From positions 1 to 54,653 of IMG/VR virus record IMGVR_UViG_3300029132_000006: a DNA stretch of 54,653 bases; one strand, given 5' to 3'. The stretch comes from a virus. The notes below the pieces were generated by a model. That model was not told the origin of the DNA, did no database searches, and saw only the letters and a program-made list of their open reading frames with translations. The translations under genes and the position numbers were made by a program. Below are positions 1 to 8,807 of the stretch, piece after piece (position 1 is the stretch's first letter; the number at the start of each line of letters is the position of its first letter).

Positions 1-498
<498 letters not shown>

Positions 499-500
499 AC

Positions 501-857
501 TCACACCTCGATTTCATCATCCTGTGGGAACTGAAAAACAGCATTGTTGATAAAATCTACTTTTGACGGCTGATTTTCTGTTTGCACCATAACACCGCAC
601 TTCTTTAATCTTTCAAATTCCTTTGCCACATCGTCTGAAATATCAACATTCTGCATTACGATAGGCATACCGACATATGCTTCCCTCAGCATTTCCATAG
701 CCTTTTCAGTCTTTTCTGTGGTGGAGTATCGTGCCAATTTTCTCCCGATATATACCCCGCTAAATATACACATTATTTCTTTTTCATCTTGATACAAGAC
801 TACATTTTCGTATGGAACATCCATCGTTCCGTCCTGTGAAATTACTCTCATACTCAA
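501..857 (-). CDS. Hypothetical protein.
   Basis: Track ORF, tightly packed in the minus-strand operon. Confidence 0.6.
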   Translation of the reverse strand: MSMRVISQDGTMDVPYENVVLYQDEKEIMCIFSGVYIGRKLARYSTTEKTEKAMEMLREAYVGMPIVMQNVDISDDVAKEFERLKKCGVMVQTENQPSKVDFINNAVFQFPQDDEIEV

Positions 858-861
858 TCTC

Positions 862-1746
862 CTATTCTGCCTGCATGAATGGCGGTAATGTGCTATCTTC
901 TGTCTGCTCTTCGGTTACTTCTGTGGCTGTACCCTCGATAATGTCGCTTTCTTCAAAATCAACGCTATTTGCGTTCTGTTCAATGTCGTAAGCAACATCC
1001 TGTTCAAGCATTTTATCGTGGCTGATTTCCTCATAATCCTCATTTTCATTACCACTATGAGAATTATTGATATATTTAAGAAGCCTATTTTTAACAGTTT
1101 TCATAGCCATCTGGTCAGCAAATTTCTGATGAGCGCCATTGCCATTCTCTTTGTAGCCATATCCCTGTTTCCAAGCCTGCTTAATCTGTGCAATAGTCAT
1201 AACCTCTGCTATCTTCTCTCCGTCATCCATAATCGCCACTGCATAAGCCCCGGTAATCTTATCATTGTCAATGTTCTCAAAACTCTGTTCGTGGCAATCA
1301 ATAATTGTTTTTGCGTCCTCTTTGTGGTACTTGAATACATCCCCTTTATAAATGACCGCTGCGTTAATGTCTTTAAGTCCGAATCTCCTTGCTATACAAG
1401 TGTTTCCATACACTGACTTCTGACACTGTAGCTTGCCGCCATAAGCAACTGGGTAGCACTGTTTCTTCTGCATTGAAAGTCCGTTCGTAACCATTTCAAC
1501 AAGTGCATTCTCAATACTTGCCCTTGTGCAACTCTGTAATACAGGCTTCTTATTCATATCTACTGTGTCCTGTAAAATCAGCATTGCCGACATAAACTCG
1601 TTTGTGTAGTTGTAATCTTTAGGGAATGTCAAGCCGAATTTCTCTTTTTGCTTAATTTTAACAACCATTCCCTCTGTAAAATCTTTTGCTACAAGTTCTC
1701 TGCTTTCAGCTTCTTTCTTTTCCGCAACTGCTGTATTCTCTGCCAT
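862..1746 (-). CDS. recT: RecT-family single-strand annealing protein.
   Basis: 294 aa. The core resembles RecT (YGGKLQCQKSVYG...ITGAYAVAIMDDGE...MTIAQIKQAW) with an acidic C-terminal tail. Confidence 0.75.
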   Translation of the reverse strand: MAENTAVAEKKEAESRELVAKDFTEGMVVKIKQKEKFGLTFPKDYNYTNEFMSAMLILQDTVDMNKKPVLQSCTRASIENALVEMVTNGLSMQKKQCYPVAYGGKLQCQKSVYGNTCIARRFGLKDINAAVIYKGDVFKYHKEDAKTIIDCHEQSFENIDNDKITGAYAVAIMDDGEKIAEVMTIAQIKQAWKQGYGYKENGNGAHQKFADQMAMKTVKNRLLKYINNSHSGNENEDYEEISHDKMLEQDVAYDIEQNANSVDFEESDIIEGTATEVTEEQTEDSTLPPFMQAE

Positions 1747-1748
1747 AA

Positions 1749-2063
1749 TTATTCCTCACTTTCATTTATTATTTTTAATTCAGCTTTGAGCTTTTCAATT
1801 TTCTCTAACTTAACTGCAATCATTCGTTCCGCTCTAAGTCTAAATTTTTCTTTTGCATACTCAAAGTTAGGTTCTGTAAGAAACAGGCAATCATATTTTA
1901 ATTGTCCAACTTCGCCTTTTCTCACTATGCTAAAGTAGTTAGGGAAAGAGCCTCCAATAGCCTTATATGTCTTAGGTTTCTCTTCCGCTTCACAGAACTG
2001 TGCTGTAATTCCTGTTTTTCCGTATCTTTCATCTGTATTCAATTTGTAAAAATAAAGTTTCAT
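1749..2063 (-). CDS. Hypothetical protein.
   Basis: Track ORF in the operon. Confidence 0.6.
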   Translation of the reverse strand: MKLYFYKLNTDERYGKTGITAQFCEAEEKPKTYKAIGGSFPNYFSIVRKGEVGQLKYDCLFLTEPNFEYAKEKFRLRAERMIAVKLEKIEKLKAELKIINESEE

Positions 2064-2064
2064 A

Positions 2065-3999
2065 TTATCCCTCCATAATCTCTAATTTCTCACTGTCATT
2101 TACAATCAGCATAATCAACTGACTATCTACCATTTCAGCAACTTTCTTCTGATTGTCCGTACTAAGGCTTTCAGAATCATCTAAGATAATAGGCACTGAT
2201 ATATCGCTAATCTTCTGAATTGAACTGCAAATATCGACTCTGCCTAAAATCCTGTTACCCTTGTTAGACATAGTTGTTAAAATACTCTTTCCGTCAACAG
2301 TAGGTATACAACAGCTCTTGTAACCACCAGACTTTGTATAAGTAAACAACTGCCACTTAACTAACCCAAAATGACTGTTTACTGCTTCTGTTAAGGCTTC
2401 GTTCTTTGCCTTATCCAGTTCATCAAGTAAGTCAAGGATTTTCTCCGCATTAGTTTTATTCTGTTCAGAATCAATCCTTGTCTGCTTTAATTCTTCAAGT
2501 CGCTGTTCGTCTGCTGCCGTATCAGACTTTGCAATCTGGCTTTCACATTCTGCTAACTGCTGCCTTAAAGCTGTTTCCTGTACCTTTAATTCTGCCTTAA
2601 CTGTTGAAATATCATTAGCCTTGTGCATAGCCTGCTCTTTTTCTGCAATCTTCTGTTCAAGTGCCTTGTATTCTTCTGTGGCTGTTACATCAATTTCCTG
2701 CGGAAGTTCTGATAACTGCTTTTCAAGGTCTGTTAAATCCACTAAATGTTTTTCTAACTTCTGCTTTCTGTCAGCCAATTCCTGTTCAGCTTCAACTAAC
2801 AATTCTTTGGCTTCATCAAGCATTTTCTTAGCTGTGTTACCCTTATTAGTAATCCTGTTAAGTTCAGCTTCTTTATATGCCTTAAAATCTGTCCTTAATT
2901 CCTCTTTTTTATCTTCTGGATATTCCTGTTTGCAATAAGGACAAATAAGGCTATTCTCGTCAAATTCACGCTCTTTTTTAGCTTTCCATTCAGTTCTGCT
3001 ATCTTCAAGCGTTTTCTGATATTCTGCTATCTTATCCTTATCGAACTGAACCACACTCTCTGCATTGCTGATTGATTTCTCACTATCTTCAATCATATAA
3101 TTAAGGTTATTAATCTGTGATTCAAGATTTCTTCTAGCCTTAACATTATCCTCATTAACTTTGCGGCTCATATCACTAAGTTCAAGCTTCAAATTAAGAA
3201 TATCCGAACTAGCCTTGTCATATTCAGCCATCAGCTTGTCATTGTCGGTCTGCTTTGCCACACAATCAGCAATCTGTTCTTTAAGACTGTTTTTCTGTAA
3301 TTCAAGGTCAGATACATCAATAGCCTGTTTAAGTTGTATATCTCTTTCCTTTTCCTTAATCTGTCCGTCAAGAATCGGCAAATCCTTTGTGATTTTAGTC
3401 TTTGTAGCTTTATTCATAGCTGATAATTCTTCAACTGTATACTTATTAAGCAAAGGAACTAACTCGGCTAATTCAGCTTTCTGTGAAGCTATATCAAGGT
3501 CTGTAACATCTCCTACAAGCCCGAATAAGTATTCTCTCATTTCAGCTGGCTTCTGATTAAGAAAAGCATTTACATTACTGCACATCTTGAATACATTCAT
3601 ATCGACATCAAGGTATGCGTTGAAATCCTTAAGATTCTTTCTCACATCATTAATGTAATATGAGTTGTCATCCTTATAGCCTGTCTTATCCTTGTTATAG
3701 GTACGGACTTGTACCTTCTTCATAGTTACTTCTTTTCCGTCAACATCAAGTGTAAGTTCAACGCTTGTGTCCATATCATCAACGGATTTTCCGCCAACCT
3801 CTCGTCTTACAACCGGATTATCCTTTAATTCATAATCGCAGTTGAATAAGCACCACAGATAAGCTGTGGCAATAGTTGACTTACCCTTGCCATTCTTAGC
3901 CATAATCTTTGTAATGGCGTAAAAATCAAATTCTGCGTGTGCATAGCACATAAAGTTTTCAAGAACTACCTTTTTTAAAACTGCTCTTTCCATAAACAT
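2065..3999 (-). CDS. SMC/Rad50/SbcC-like AAA ATPase with a long coiled coil.
   Basis: Walker A AKNGKGKST near the N-terminus, a long E/K/L-rich coiled coil, a central CPYC hook-like motif, and a C-terminal DDSESL Walker-B-like motif. Confidence 0.7.
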   Translation of the reverse strand: MFMERAVLKKVVLENFMCYAHAEFDFYAITKIMAKNGKGKSTIATAYLWCLFNCDYELKDNPVVRREVGGKSVDDMDTSVELTLDVDGKEVTMKKVQVRTYNKDKTGYKDDNSYYINDVRKNLKDFNAYLDVDMNVFKMCSNVNAFLNQKPAEMREYLFGLVGDVTDLDIASQKAELAELVPLLNKYTVEELSAMNKATKTKITKDLPILDGQIKEKERDIQLKQAIDVSDLELQKNSLKEQIADCVAKQTDNDKLMAEYDKASSDILNLKLELSDMSRKVNEDNVKARRNLESQINNLNYMIEDSEKSISNAESVVQFDKDKIAEYQKTLEDSRTEWKAKKEREFDENSLICPYCKQEYPEDKKEELRTDFKAYKEAELNRITNKGNTAKKMLDEAKELLVEAEQELADRKQKLEKHLVDLTDLEKQLSELPQEIDVTATEEYKALEQKIAEKEQAMHKANDISTVKAELKVQETALRQQLAECESQIAKSDTAADEQRLEELKQTRIDSEQNKTNAEKILDLLDELDKAKNEALTEAVNSHFGLVKWQLFTYTKSGGYKSCCIPTVDGKSILTTMSNKGNRILGRVDICSSIQKISDISVPIILDDSESLSTDNQKKVAEMVDSQLIMLIVNDSEKLEIMEG

Positions 4000-4012
4000 A
4001 TCCTTTCCTTAT

Positions 4013-4213
4013 TTATATATTCATAATGAATACATCATCTTCTATTGAGAAGTTATCAACTGTCTTGTCTTCCAGATAATGCCGTCTGTCAAGTTCATCA
4101 AACGTGCCATCAAAGATAACGCCTTGAACTGGATGCCATACTTGGCAACGCTTTTCATTGTTTGCTGCCATACTAGCTAATTCTGAAACTGTAATATCAC
4201 TATTCATCAGCAT
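4013..4213 (-). CDS. Hypothetical small protein.
   Basis: Track ORF. Confidence 0.5.
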   Translation of the reverse strand: MLMNSDITVSELASMAANNEKRCQVWHPVQGVIFDGTFDELDRRHYLEDKTVDNFSIEDDVFIMNI

Positions 4214-4838
4214 TCTCCTTTTCTTCTATAATCTCAACTCTGCCTACTGATACCTCGTAAGCTGCTCTGTTTTCAACTTCATCTTCGCTTATCTTCTTTG
4301 TATAAGGTCTTGACTGGAATCTACCTGTCATTTCTATATGTGTTCCTACTGGCAAGTGACCGACAAACTTAGCTGTTCTGCCCCAAGTTATGCAAGGTAT
4401 ATAGTCAGACTTGCCATATGCTCTGTTAATAGCTATGAGAACATCTGTTATTTCTCTTCCAAGTGGCGTTACCCTGTATATAGGTTCTTTGCAAATAAAA
4501 CCTCTAAGAACTACATCATTATTAAAAGGTAGTTCTTCCTCGTTTTCATATATCTCTATATTTTCAGTAAAGATAAAAAGCTCTAACTTACTTTTTTCTC
4601 CTATGTGCAGGTTATGACTTCTTACCTGTCCTGTAATCATCACGCAATCGCCTACTTTAATTTCTTTCATATCAATAATTCTGTCAGATATAACAACTGG
4701 CAGCGTATCAAAAGTTCCGCTAGTTCTTCTAACTGTTATAAAAGTCTTATAAAAGTCCTCTCCGTTTGATTCGTGATTGAAAACTGGCTCTTCTGCAACT
4801 AACCCAAAAACTGTAATATTGTTATTTCTCTCTTTCAT
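4200..4838 (-). CDS. Putative tandem OB-fold ssDNA-binding protein (SSB-like).
   Basis: Two similar halves (ITVFGLVAEEP...ITGQVRS and VVLRGFICKEP...MTGRFQS) typical of OB-fold SSB/PriB-like proteins. No acidic tail. Confidence 0.45.
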   Translation of the reverse strand: MKERNNNITVFGLVAEEPVFNHESNGEDFYKTFITVRRTSGTFDTLPVVISDRIIDMKEIKVGDCVMITGQVRSHNLHIGEKSKLELFIFTENIEIYENEEELPFNNDVVLRGFICKEPIYRVTPLGREITDVLIAINRAYGKSDYIPCITWGRTAKFVGHLPVGTHIEMTGRFQSRPYTKKISEDEVENRAAYEVSVGRVEIIEEKENADE

Positions 4839-4840
4839 CT

Positions 4841-4969
4841 TTAGTTCTCCTCTCTCTTTTCTACAAATCCAACAACTTTACCGCCGTCAATAACTGTATA
4901 CATATCCTTTTTCTCGTACATATCAATGCAATCCTGTACTGTTATTACTTTCTCGTTTACCTGTTTCAT
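4841..4969 (-). CDS. Hypothetical 42-aa protein, below the track cutoff.
   Basis: AAAGGAAAG RBS followed by ATG. The stop overlaps the next start (TAAAGATG). Confidence 0.4.
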   Translation of the reverse strand: MKQVNEKVITVQDCIDMYEKKDMYTVIDGGKVVGFVEKREEN

Positions 4970-5071
4970 ACTGTTCTTTCCTTTCTTTTGCTTTAATCTT
5001 TAATGTTGTAACTACAATACATATAGTTTCTAGTATCATTCCGACAACAACGCCCAACATAAACCCCTGTA

Positions 5072-5353
5072 TCATAGCTTATATCTCTCTTTCATTATTG
5101 TAGGCAGTTCGTAGCAGTCGATATAATCGTGAGTGTCTGCTATGTACTTCTTTTTCAGTTCACTCAAACCACACCCGTATTCGTGCTTTAACTGCCCTAA
5201 AATATCTTTTACAACTACTCTTCTTAAGAGTTCACAATGTTTATTTCTTCCTAAGAGGTAACTTGCTCTTCTGCCAATGTGTGCCAGGATTTCAAGTTTT
5301 TCCACCTCATTAATCTGCTCTCTTTCACCTTTTTCAGAAATAATAAATATCAA
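5072..5353 (-). CDS. Hypothetical protein.
   Basis: Track ORF. Confidence 0.55.
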   Translation of the reverse strand: MIFIISEKGEREQINEVEKLEILAHIGRRASYLLGRNKHCELLRRVVVKDILGQLKHEYGCGLSELKKKYIADTHDYIDCYELPTIMKERYKL

Positions 5354-5370
5354 TCTGCTAAAACTCCTTT

Positions 5371-5559
5371 CTAATTAATAAGCTGAAATATCATTGACAC
5401 AATAAATAATATTGCTGATAACATCCATAAATATTCAGCTATCTTGCTGTCTCTCTTTGCTTTCTTGTATGCCGCAATAGAGATTTCCAAGTTGTTTCTT
5501 TCTGCAATCAGTTCTTCTACTGATATGCTATACTGTGGTGTTGCCTGTATATCTTCCAT
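5371..5559 (-). CDS. Small protein with a C-terminal transmembrane helix.
   Basis: Track ORF with a hydrophobic tail (YLWMLSAILFIVSMIFQLI). Confidence 0.5.
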   Translation of the reverse strand: MEDIQATPQYSISVEELIAERNNLEISIAAYKKAKRDSKIAEYLWMLSAILFIVSMIFQLIN

Positions 5560-5583
5560 AAACTTCTCCTTATTTTAAAAAAT

Positions 5584-5594
5584 TGTGATATAAT
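5584..5594 (+). promoter_or_regulatory. Extended -10 promoter, TGTGATATAAT.
   Basis: TGnTATAAT match about 34 nt upstream of the plus-strand mini-gene at 5628. Confidence 0.5.
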
Positions 5595-5627
5595 CCCTTT
5601 ATCTCCCTATAGAAAAGAGGTGATTTA

Positions 5628-5804
5628 ATGGATAACTCAAAGCTTGCTGAACTTTATGCTCTTGCTAAAATATGTGGTTATCAAGGTGATGTTCCTAAAT
5701 TCAAAGAAGAGTACCGCAAATACTATGATGAATTTATGAGTACTATCAAGTCGCAGCCAGCTAAAGCCACAGCAATCGGTAATCCTTTTCGCATTGGCTA
5801 TTAG
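5628..5804 (+). CDS. Hypothetical 58-aa protein on the opposite strand to the surrounding operon.
   Basis: AAAAGAGGTG RBS 6 nt before the ATG. Hand translation: MDNSKLAELYALAKICGYQGDVPKFKEEYRKYYDEFMSTIKSQPAKATAIGNPFRIGY. Confidence 0.5.
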   Translation: MDNSKLAELYALAKICGYQGDVPKFKEEYRKYYDEFMSTIKSQPAKATAIGNPFRIGY

Positions 5805-5980
5805 CATTTAATTGCCAGTAAAGCATTGGTGAGGGAATTGAGAATTCTACATTCACTCTGTATTGTCTCATTTTTCTCACCTTTTATTACATCATCAGCA
5901 ACACCTAAAGCAATCTGTTCTATATAGTCTTGCAAACTTCTTTGCTGTTCGTCACCTTTAATCACGTATGGTTCTCTCAT
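5801..5980 (-). CDS. Hypothetical 59-aa protein, one residue under the track cutoff.
   Basis: AGGAACAGGA RBS and ATG at 5980. It fills the gap after the 5993 ORF and converges on 5628..5804 with a 4-nt overlap. Confidence 0.5.
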   Translation of the reverse strand: MREPYVIKGDEQQRSLQDYIEQIALGVADDVIKGEKNETIQSECRILNSLTNALLAIKC

Positions 5981-5992
5981 TCCTGTTCCTTT

Positions 5993-6262
5993 CTAAAGTG
6001 CTGACTTGCCAACTTCCGTTGAATAGTCACGCTTTTCTTTTTCACAAGGAATATATGAAGAAGCACTAACAATAATCTTCATATATTCCAAAAAACCTTG
6101 AGCTTCCGAAGCAGATAGACCATATTGTGTGATTAATTCTTTTACAGAACCAGTTAATTCACCTATATCCTTATAGTTATGTAAACGCTTTACATAAAAC
6201 ATACAGCCTTCTGTTGTTTTTGTAAGTTCCTCTTTTATGGCATTTTCAATAAAATCTCTCAT
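5993..6262 (-). CDS. Hypothetical protein.
   Basis: Track ORF. Confidence 0.55.
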   Translation of the reverse strand: MRDFIENAIKEELTKTTEGCMFYVKRLHNYKDIGELTGSVKELITQYGLSASEAQGFLEYMKIIVSASSYIPCEKEKRDYSTEVGKSAL

Positions 6263-6519
6263 CCGTGCTCCTTTCTTTCAACTTTATTGATTGGGTTAAA
6301 ATCATTATCAATAGCATATGGCTCACCTACCTGCCATTCTCCGTCAATAAATGTTATTTCAATAGCAACATTCTTGTCATTGTAGAATTTCATAACAATC
6401 ACATCTGCCATTGAACCATCATCAGAAACAGCAATCTGTTCATATGCTTCAAGAAACTTAAAACCCTGTAATATATTAAACTCGTCTATTCTGTCCATAT
6501 ACAATCTCCTTATGCACAA
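6259..6519 (-). CDS. Hypothetical protein.
   Basis: Track ORF with a 4-nt overlap to its neighbour. Confidence 0.55.
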   Translation of the reverse strand: MCIRRLYMDRIDEFNILQGFKFLEAYEQIAVSDDGSMADVIVMKFYNDKNVAIEITFIDGEWQVGEPYAIDNDFNPINKVERKEHG

Positions 6520-7307
6520 TATTTCATAGCATATCTCTTAACAATATTCTCAAATATTGCCTTAAGCTGTGGTTTATCATAAATAACAGCAATCTTAGTT
6601 GTTGCCACTTTTATAGCTGTCTTGGTATTACCTGCCTTTTCCATTCTTGCCACCTTGTTATCCTGTAATCTCTTAAGACTGCAATGTGCGGTCATTTCCA
6701 ACTCGCCGTAAAGCTGATTGTAAAGTGCCTGATAATCAATGCCACTTTTGATAGATATTTCTCTCACTTTGGCATTAATATCATTCTTCCAATCGCCGAT
6801 AGGCTCTACGAAAATTTCTTTCATATTGTTAACAGTTGTTTCAACCTTGGCTATCTGCTCTGCCTGCTTCTTCTGTTCTATCTCTGCCTTGTTCATACTT
6901 TCAACAAGCATATTCATAAGTCTAAGCTGTGGTGAAAGCTGTGATACATCAATAGCTTTCTGCTTAACTCTTTCTTCTACTGTTGTGAAGTATTCCCTTG
7001 CTTCTTCTGCCTTTTCTGAATTACCTTTAACAGATAACTTCTTGGCGAAATGAGCTGTGAGCTTATAATCATCTCTCTTTACTATGCCACCTGTCGGTGT
7101 CTCGACATCTATGTCGAACCGCCAATAATCCTCATTTTCTGTGGCAAATTCATTATCTGTAATATTGCTTTTCACCCACCTTGAAAACTGCCCTTGTGCT
7201 AATCCTAAGAAGTTGTACAGTTTTCTTGCTGTTGTCATCCCCTCACTATCAATATCAAGGGCAACTTCAATAGGTGTTCTAAGCTCTATCGTCTTGACTT
7301 CATTCAT
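6510..7307 (-). CDS. Phage antirepressor (AntA/KilAC-type N-terminus with an ORF6C-like C-terminus).
   Basis: N-terminal TARKLYNFLGLAQGQFSRWVKSNI...YKLTAHFAKKL pattern typical of AntA/Rha-like antirepressors. Confidence 0.65.
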   Translation of the reverse strand: MNEVKTIELRTPIEVALDIDSEGMTTARKLYNFLGLAQGQFSRWVKSNITDNEFATENEDYWRFDIDVETPTGGIVKRDDYKLTAHFAKKLSVKGNSEKAEEAREYFTTVEERVKQKAIDVSQLSPQLRLMNMLVESMNKAEIEQKKQAEQIAKVETTVNNMKEIFVEPIGDWKNDINAKVREISIKSGIDYQALYNQLYGELEMTAHCSLKRLQDNKVARMEKAGNTKTAIKVATTKIAVIYDKPQLKAIFENIVKRYAMKYCA

Positions 7308-7455
7308 TAGTTTGCTCCTTTCTATCGGCTTTCTCTGATTCTCTTACCATTGCCATTCCCTCGGCGACACCAAGAATGTAATTTTTCTTGCTATCATCAA
7401 GTTTTGGTATTGTATCGGATAGCTTCTTGATGATTTCCTTTTCCTTTTCGCTCAT
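7300..7455 (-). CDS. Hypothetical 51-aa protein, first gene of the leftward early operon.
   Basis: ATG at 7455. The stop overlaps the antirepressor start (AATGAATGA). Confidence 0.45.
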   Translation of the reverse strand: MSEKEKEIIKKLSDTIPKLDDSKKNYILGVAEGMAMVRESEKADRKEQTNE

Positions 7456-7472
7456 TTAATTCACTTCCTTTC

Positions 7473-7483
7473 TGTGATATAAT
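7473..7483 (+). promoter_or_regulatory. Extended -10 promoter TGTGATATAAT in the divergent switch region 7456-7511.
   Basis: Same 11-mer as at 5584. On the opposite strand, TTGCAT-17-TTTTAA faces the 7455 gene. Confidence 0.5.
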
Positions 7484-7511
7484 GTGTTTTAAAAAACAAA
7501 GGGGTACTACT

Positions 7512-7877
7512 ATGCAATATGTTCCAAATTATCCAAACTTAGATGATATGCTTGTTAAACCAGTAATTCCGAATGTAGAAATGCCTAATTATGAAAAAGG
7601 CAAATCTCCATATGAGCTTTTAGAAAGTCAATCTGCTTATCTTGAAAAGACAAGCAAAGAACTTCACGATATGGCTCAATCCGCTAAATCTCAAGCTGAT
7701 TCCGCTAAAGAGATTGCTGAAAGTTCCAAAACGCAAGCTGATGTCGCATTAAAAACATCAAGTAAAGCCGATATTAAAGGTTGGATTTCCGTGGTTGTTT
7801 CTATCATCTGTGCTTTAATGGAATTTTCTGTACATCATTCAGAAATAATTGATTTTGTCAAAGCTTTGGCAAAATAA
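7512..7877 (+). CDS. Membrane-anchored hypothetical protein (C-terminal TM helix), a possible lysogeny-expressed exclusion factor.
   Basis: Start refined to the internal ATG behind an AAAGGGG RBS. Coiled-coil SAKSQADSAKEIAESSKTQAD is followed by the hydrophobic segment WISVVVSIICALMEF. Confidence 0.6.
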   Translation: MQYVPNYPNLDDMLVKPVIPNVEMPNYEKGKSPYELLESQSAYLEKTSKELHDMAQSAKSQADSAKEIAESSKTQADVALKTSSKADIKGWISVVVSIICALMEFSVHHSEIIDFVKALAK

Positions 7878-7962
7878 AATGACAAAAAATCTGAAACAGT
7901 AAAGTAAATATTGAAAGTACTAATGCAACATCTGAAATAGATGGTTTTTTCAATTTTTTCAT
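7858..7962 (-). CDS. 34-aa basic/hydrophobic peptide (MKKLKKPSISDVALVLSIFTLLFQIFCHFILPKL), a candidate type I toxin-like or small membrane protein.
   Basis: It has its own TTGACA-17-TATTAT promoter and an AGGAG motif (ATG directly adjacent, TTG 9 nt downstream). It is antisense to the plus-strand immunity transcript and overlaps 7512..7877 by 20 nt. Confidence 0.4.
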   Translation of the reverse strand: MKKLKKPSISDVALVLSIFTLLFQIFCHFILPKL

Positions 7963-7989
7963 CTCCTTTCTATTTGACTTTGTGTGATT

Positions 7990-8018
7990 ATAATATCATA
8001 CCCAGTAATACCTGTCAA
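7990..8018 (-). promoter_or_regulatory. Near-consensus sigma-70 type promoter (TTGACA, 17 nt, TATTAT) for the 34-aa peptide. Its -10 overlaps a plus-strand TGTGATTATAAT element (7983-7994).
   Basis: Read directly on both strands. Confidence 0.5.
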
Positions 8019-8037
8019 CATATTTTAGTAAAAAAGT

Positions 8038-8066
8038 TTGACATTGTGTGACTTTAATGTTATTGT
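8038..8066 (+). promoter_or_regulatory. Promoter TTGACA-17-TATTGT upstream of the repressor gene.
   Basis: Spacing counted by hand. The block TTTGACATTGTGTGAC resembles TTTGACTTTGTGTGAT at about 7974. Confidence 0.45.
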
Positions 8067-8089
8067 ATATATGCAGGGAGGTGAGAAGT

Positions 8090-8455
8090 GTGAACGAGCG
8101 AATAAAAGCCTTGCGAAAAGAATTAAAAATGTCGCAAGATGTATTTGCTGAAAAGCTAGGGCTTACCAAAAACTACATTTCGTTAGTTGAAAATGGCAAT
8201 AGAAATCTTTCAGAACAATCAATTAAAGTTTTATGTTCTATTCTTAATGTAAATGAAGAATGGCTGCGAACCGGAAACGGAAAAATGTTTAAATCTCGTA
8301 CAAGAGAACAAGAGATTGGTGCTTTTGTTAATGAAGTTATGGAATTAAACGATGACAGCTTTGAAAAGAAGCTTGTTAGTGCATTGGCAAGGCTTGAACC
8401 TAAAGATTGGGAATGCTTGGAAAGTATTGCAAAGAAATTGCTAGACGAAAAGTAA
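8090..8455 (+). CDS. XRE/Cro-CI family HTH transcriptional repressor (probable prophage repressor).
   Basis: GTG start 8 nt after GGGAGG. ERIKALRKELKMSQDVFAEKLGLTKNYISLVENGNRNLS is a classic HTH_3 pattern. Confidence 0.8.
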   Translation: MNERIKALRKELKMSQDVFAEKLGLTKNYISLVENGNRNLSEQSIKVLCSILNVNEEWLRTGNGKMFKSRTREQEIGAFVNEVMELNDDSFEKKLVSALARLEPKDWECLESIAKKLLDEK

Positions 8456-8456
8456 G

Positions 8457-8484
8457 AAAGAGAGGGTTTACGCCCTCTCTTTTG
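8457..8484. terminator. Bidirectional rho-independent terminator hairpin.
   Basis: AAAGAGAGGG / CCCTCTCTTT stem, 6-nt loop, T-run on the plus strand and A-run before it. Confidence 0.7.
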
Positions 8485-8584
8485 TCATATTGCATATAAA
8501 CTTAAATATTTGTTCTAATATCCAGTTATCTTCTATTTTATTAATCATTTTTGTTATCTTTTGCCTGTATTCCTCATTACTCAT
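8468..8584 (-). CDS. 38-aa hypothetical peptide (MSNEEYRQKITKMINKIEDNWILEQIFKFICNMTKERA).
   Basis: GGGGAG RBS 9 nt before the ATG. It is driven by the consensus promoter at 8635-8663. Confidence 0.35.
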   Translation of the reverse strand: MSNEEYRQKITKMINKIEDNWILEQIFKFICNMTKERA

Positions 8585-8634
8585 AAACCCGCACTCCCCT
8601 CTCTTGCCCTTGCACGTTTGATAGCGATACGATT

Positions 8635-8663
8635 ATTATAGAACACACGTTCTATAGTGTCAA
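8635..8663 (-). promoter_or_regulatory. Perfect consensus promoter (TTGACA, 17 nt, TATAAT) with an embedded 20-bp palindrome, TATAGAACACACGTTCTATA (8637-8656).
   Basis: Read on the minus strand: TTGACActatagaacgtgtgttcTATAAT. Confidence 0.6.
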
Positions 8664-8807
8664 GTGTAGCGGCGATATTGCCAACGCCAATCAAACAATA
8701 TCGCCTGCCAGAACTTGATAATGTTTAAGGGTCTTTTCTCAAAGACAAGTTTATTATACATTTATCGTTAGTATATTTCAAATACTTTCGGTCGTGTAAT
8801 TTCGACT

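Noticed and set aside
4923-5075. 50-aa hydrophobic ORF coupled (ATGA) to the 5072 ORF stop.
   Set aside because: It overlaps the better-supported 4841..4969 ORF by 47 nt in another frame. The evidence is insufficient to list it as a feature.
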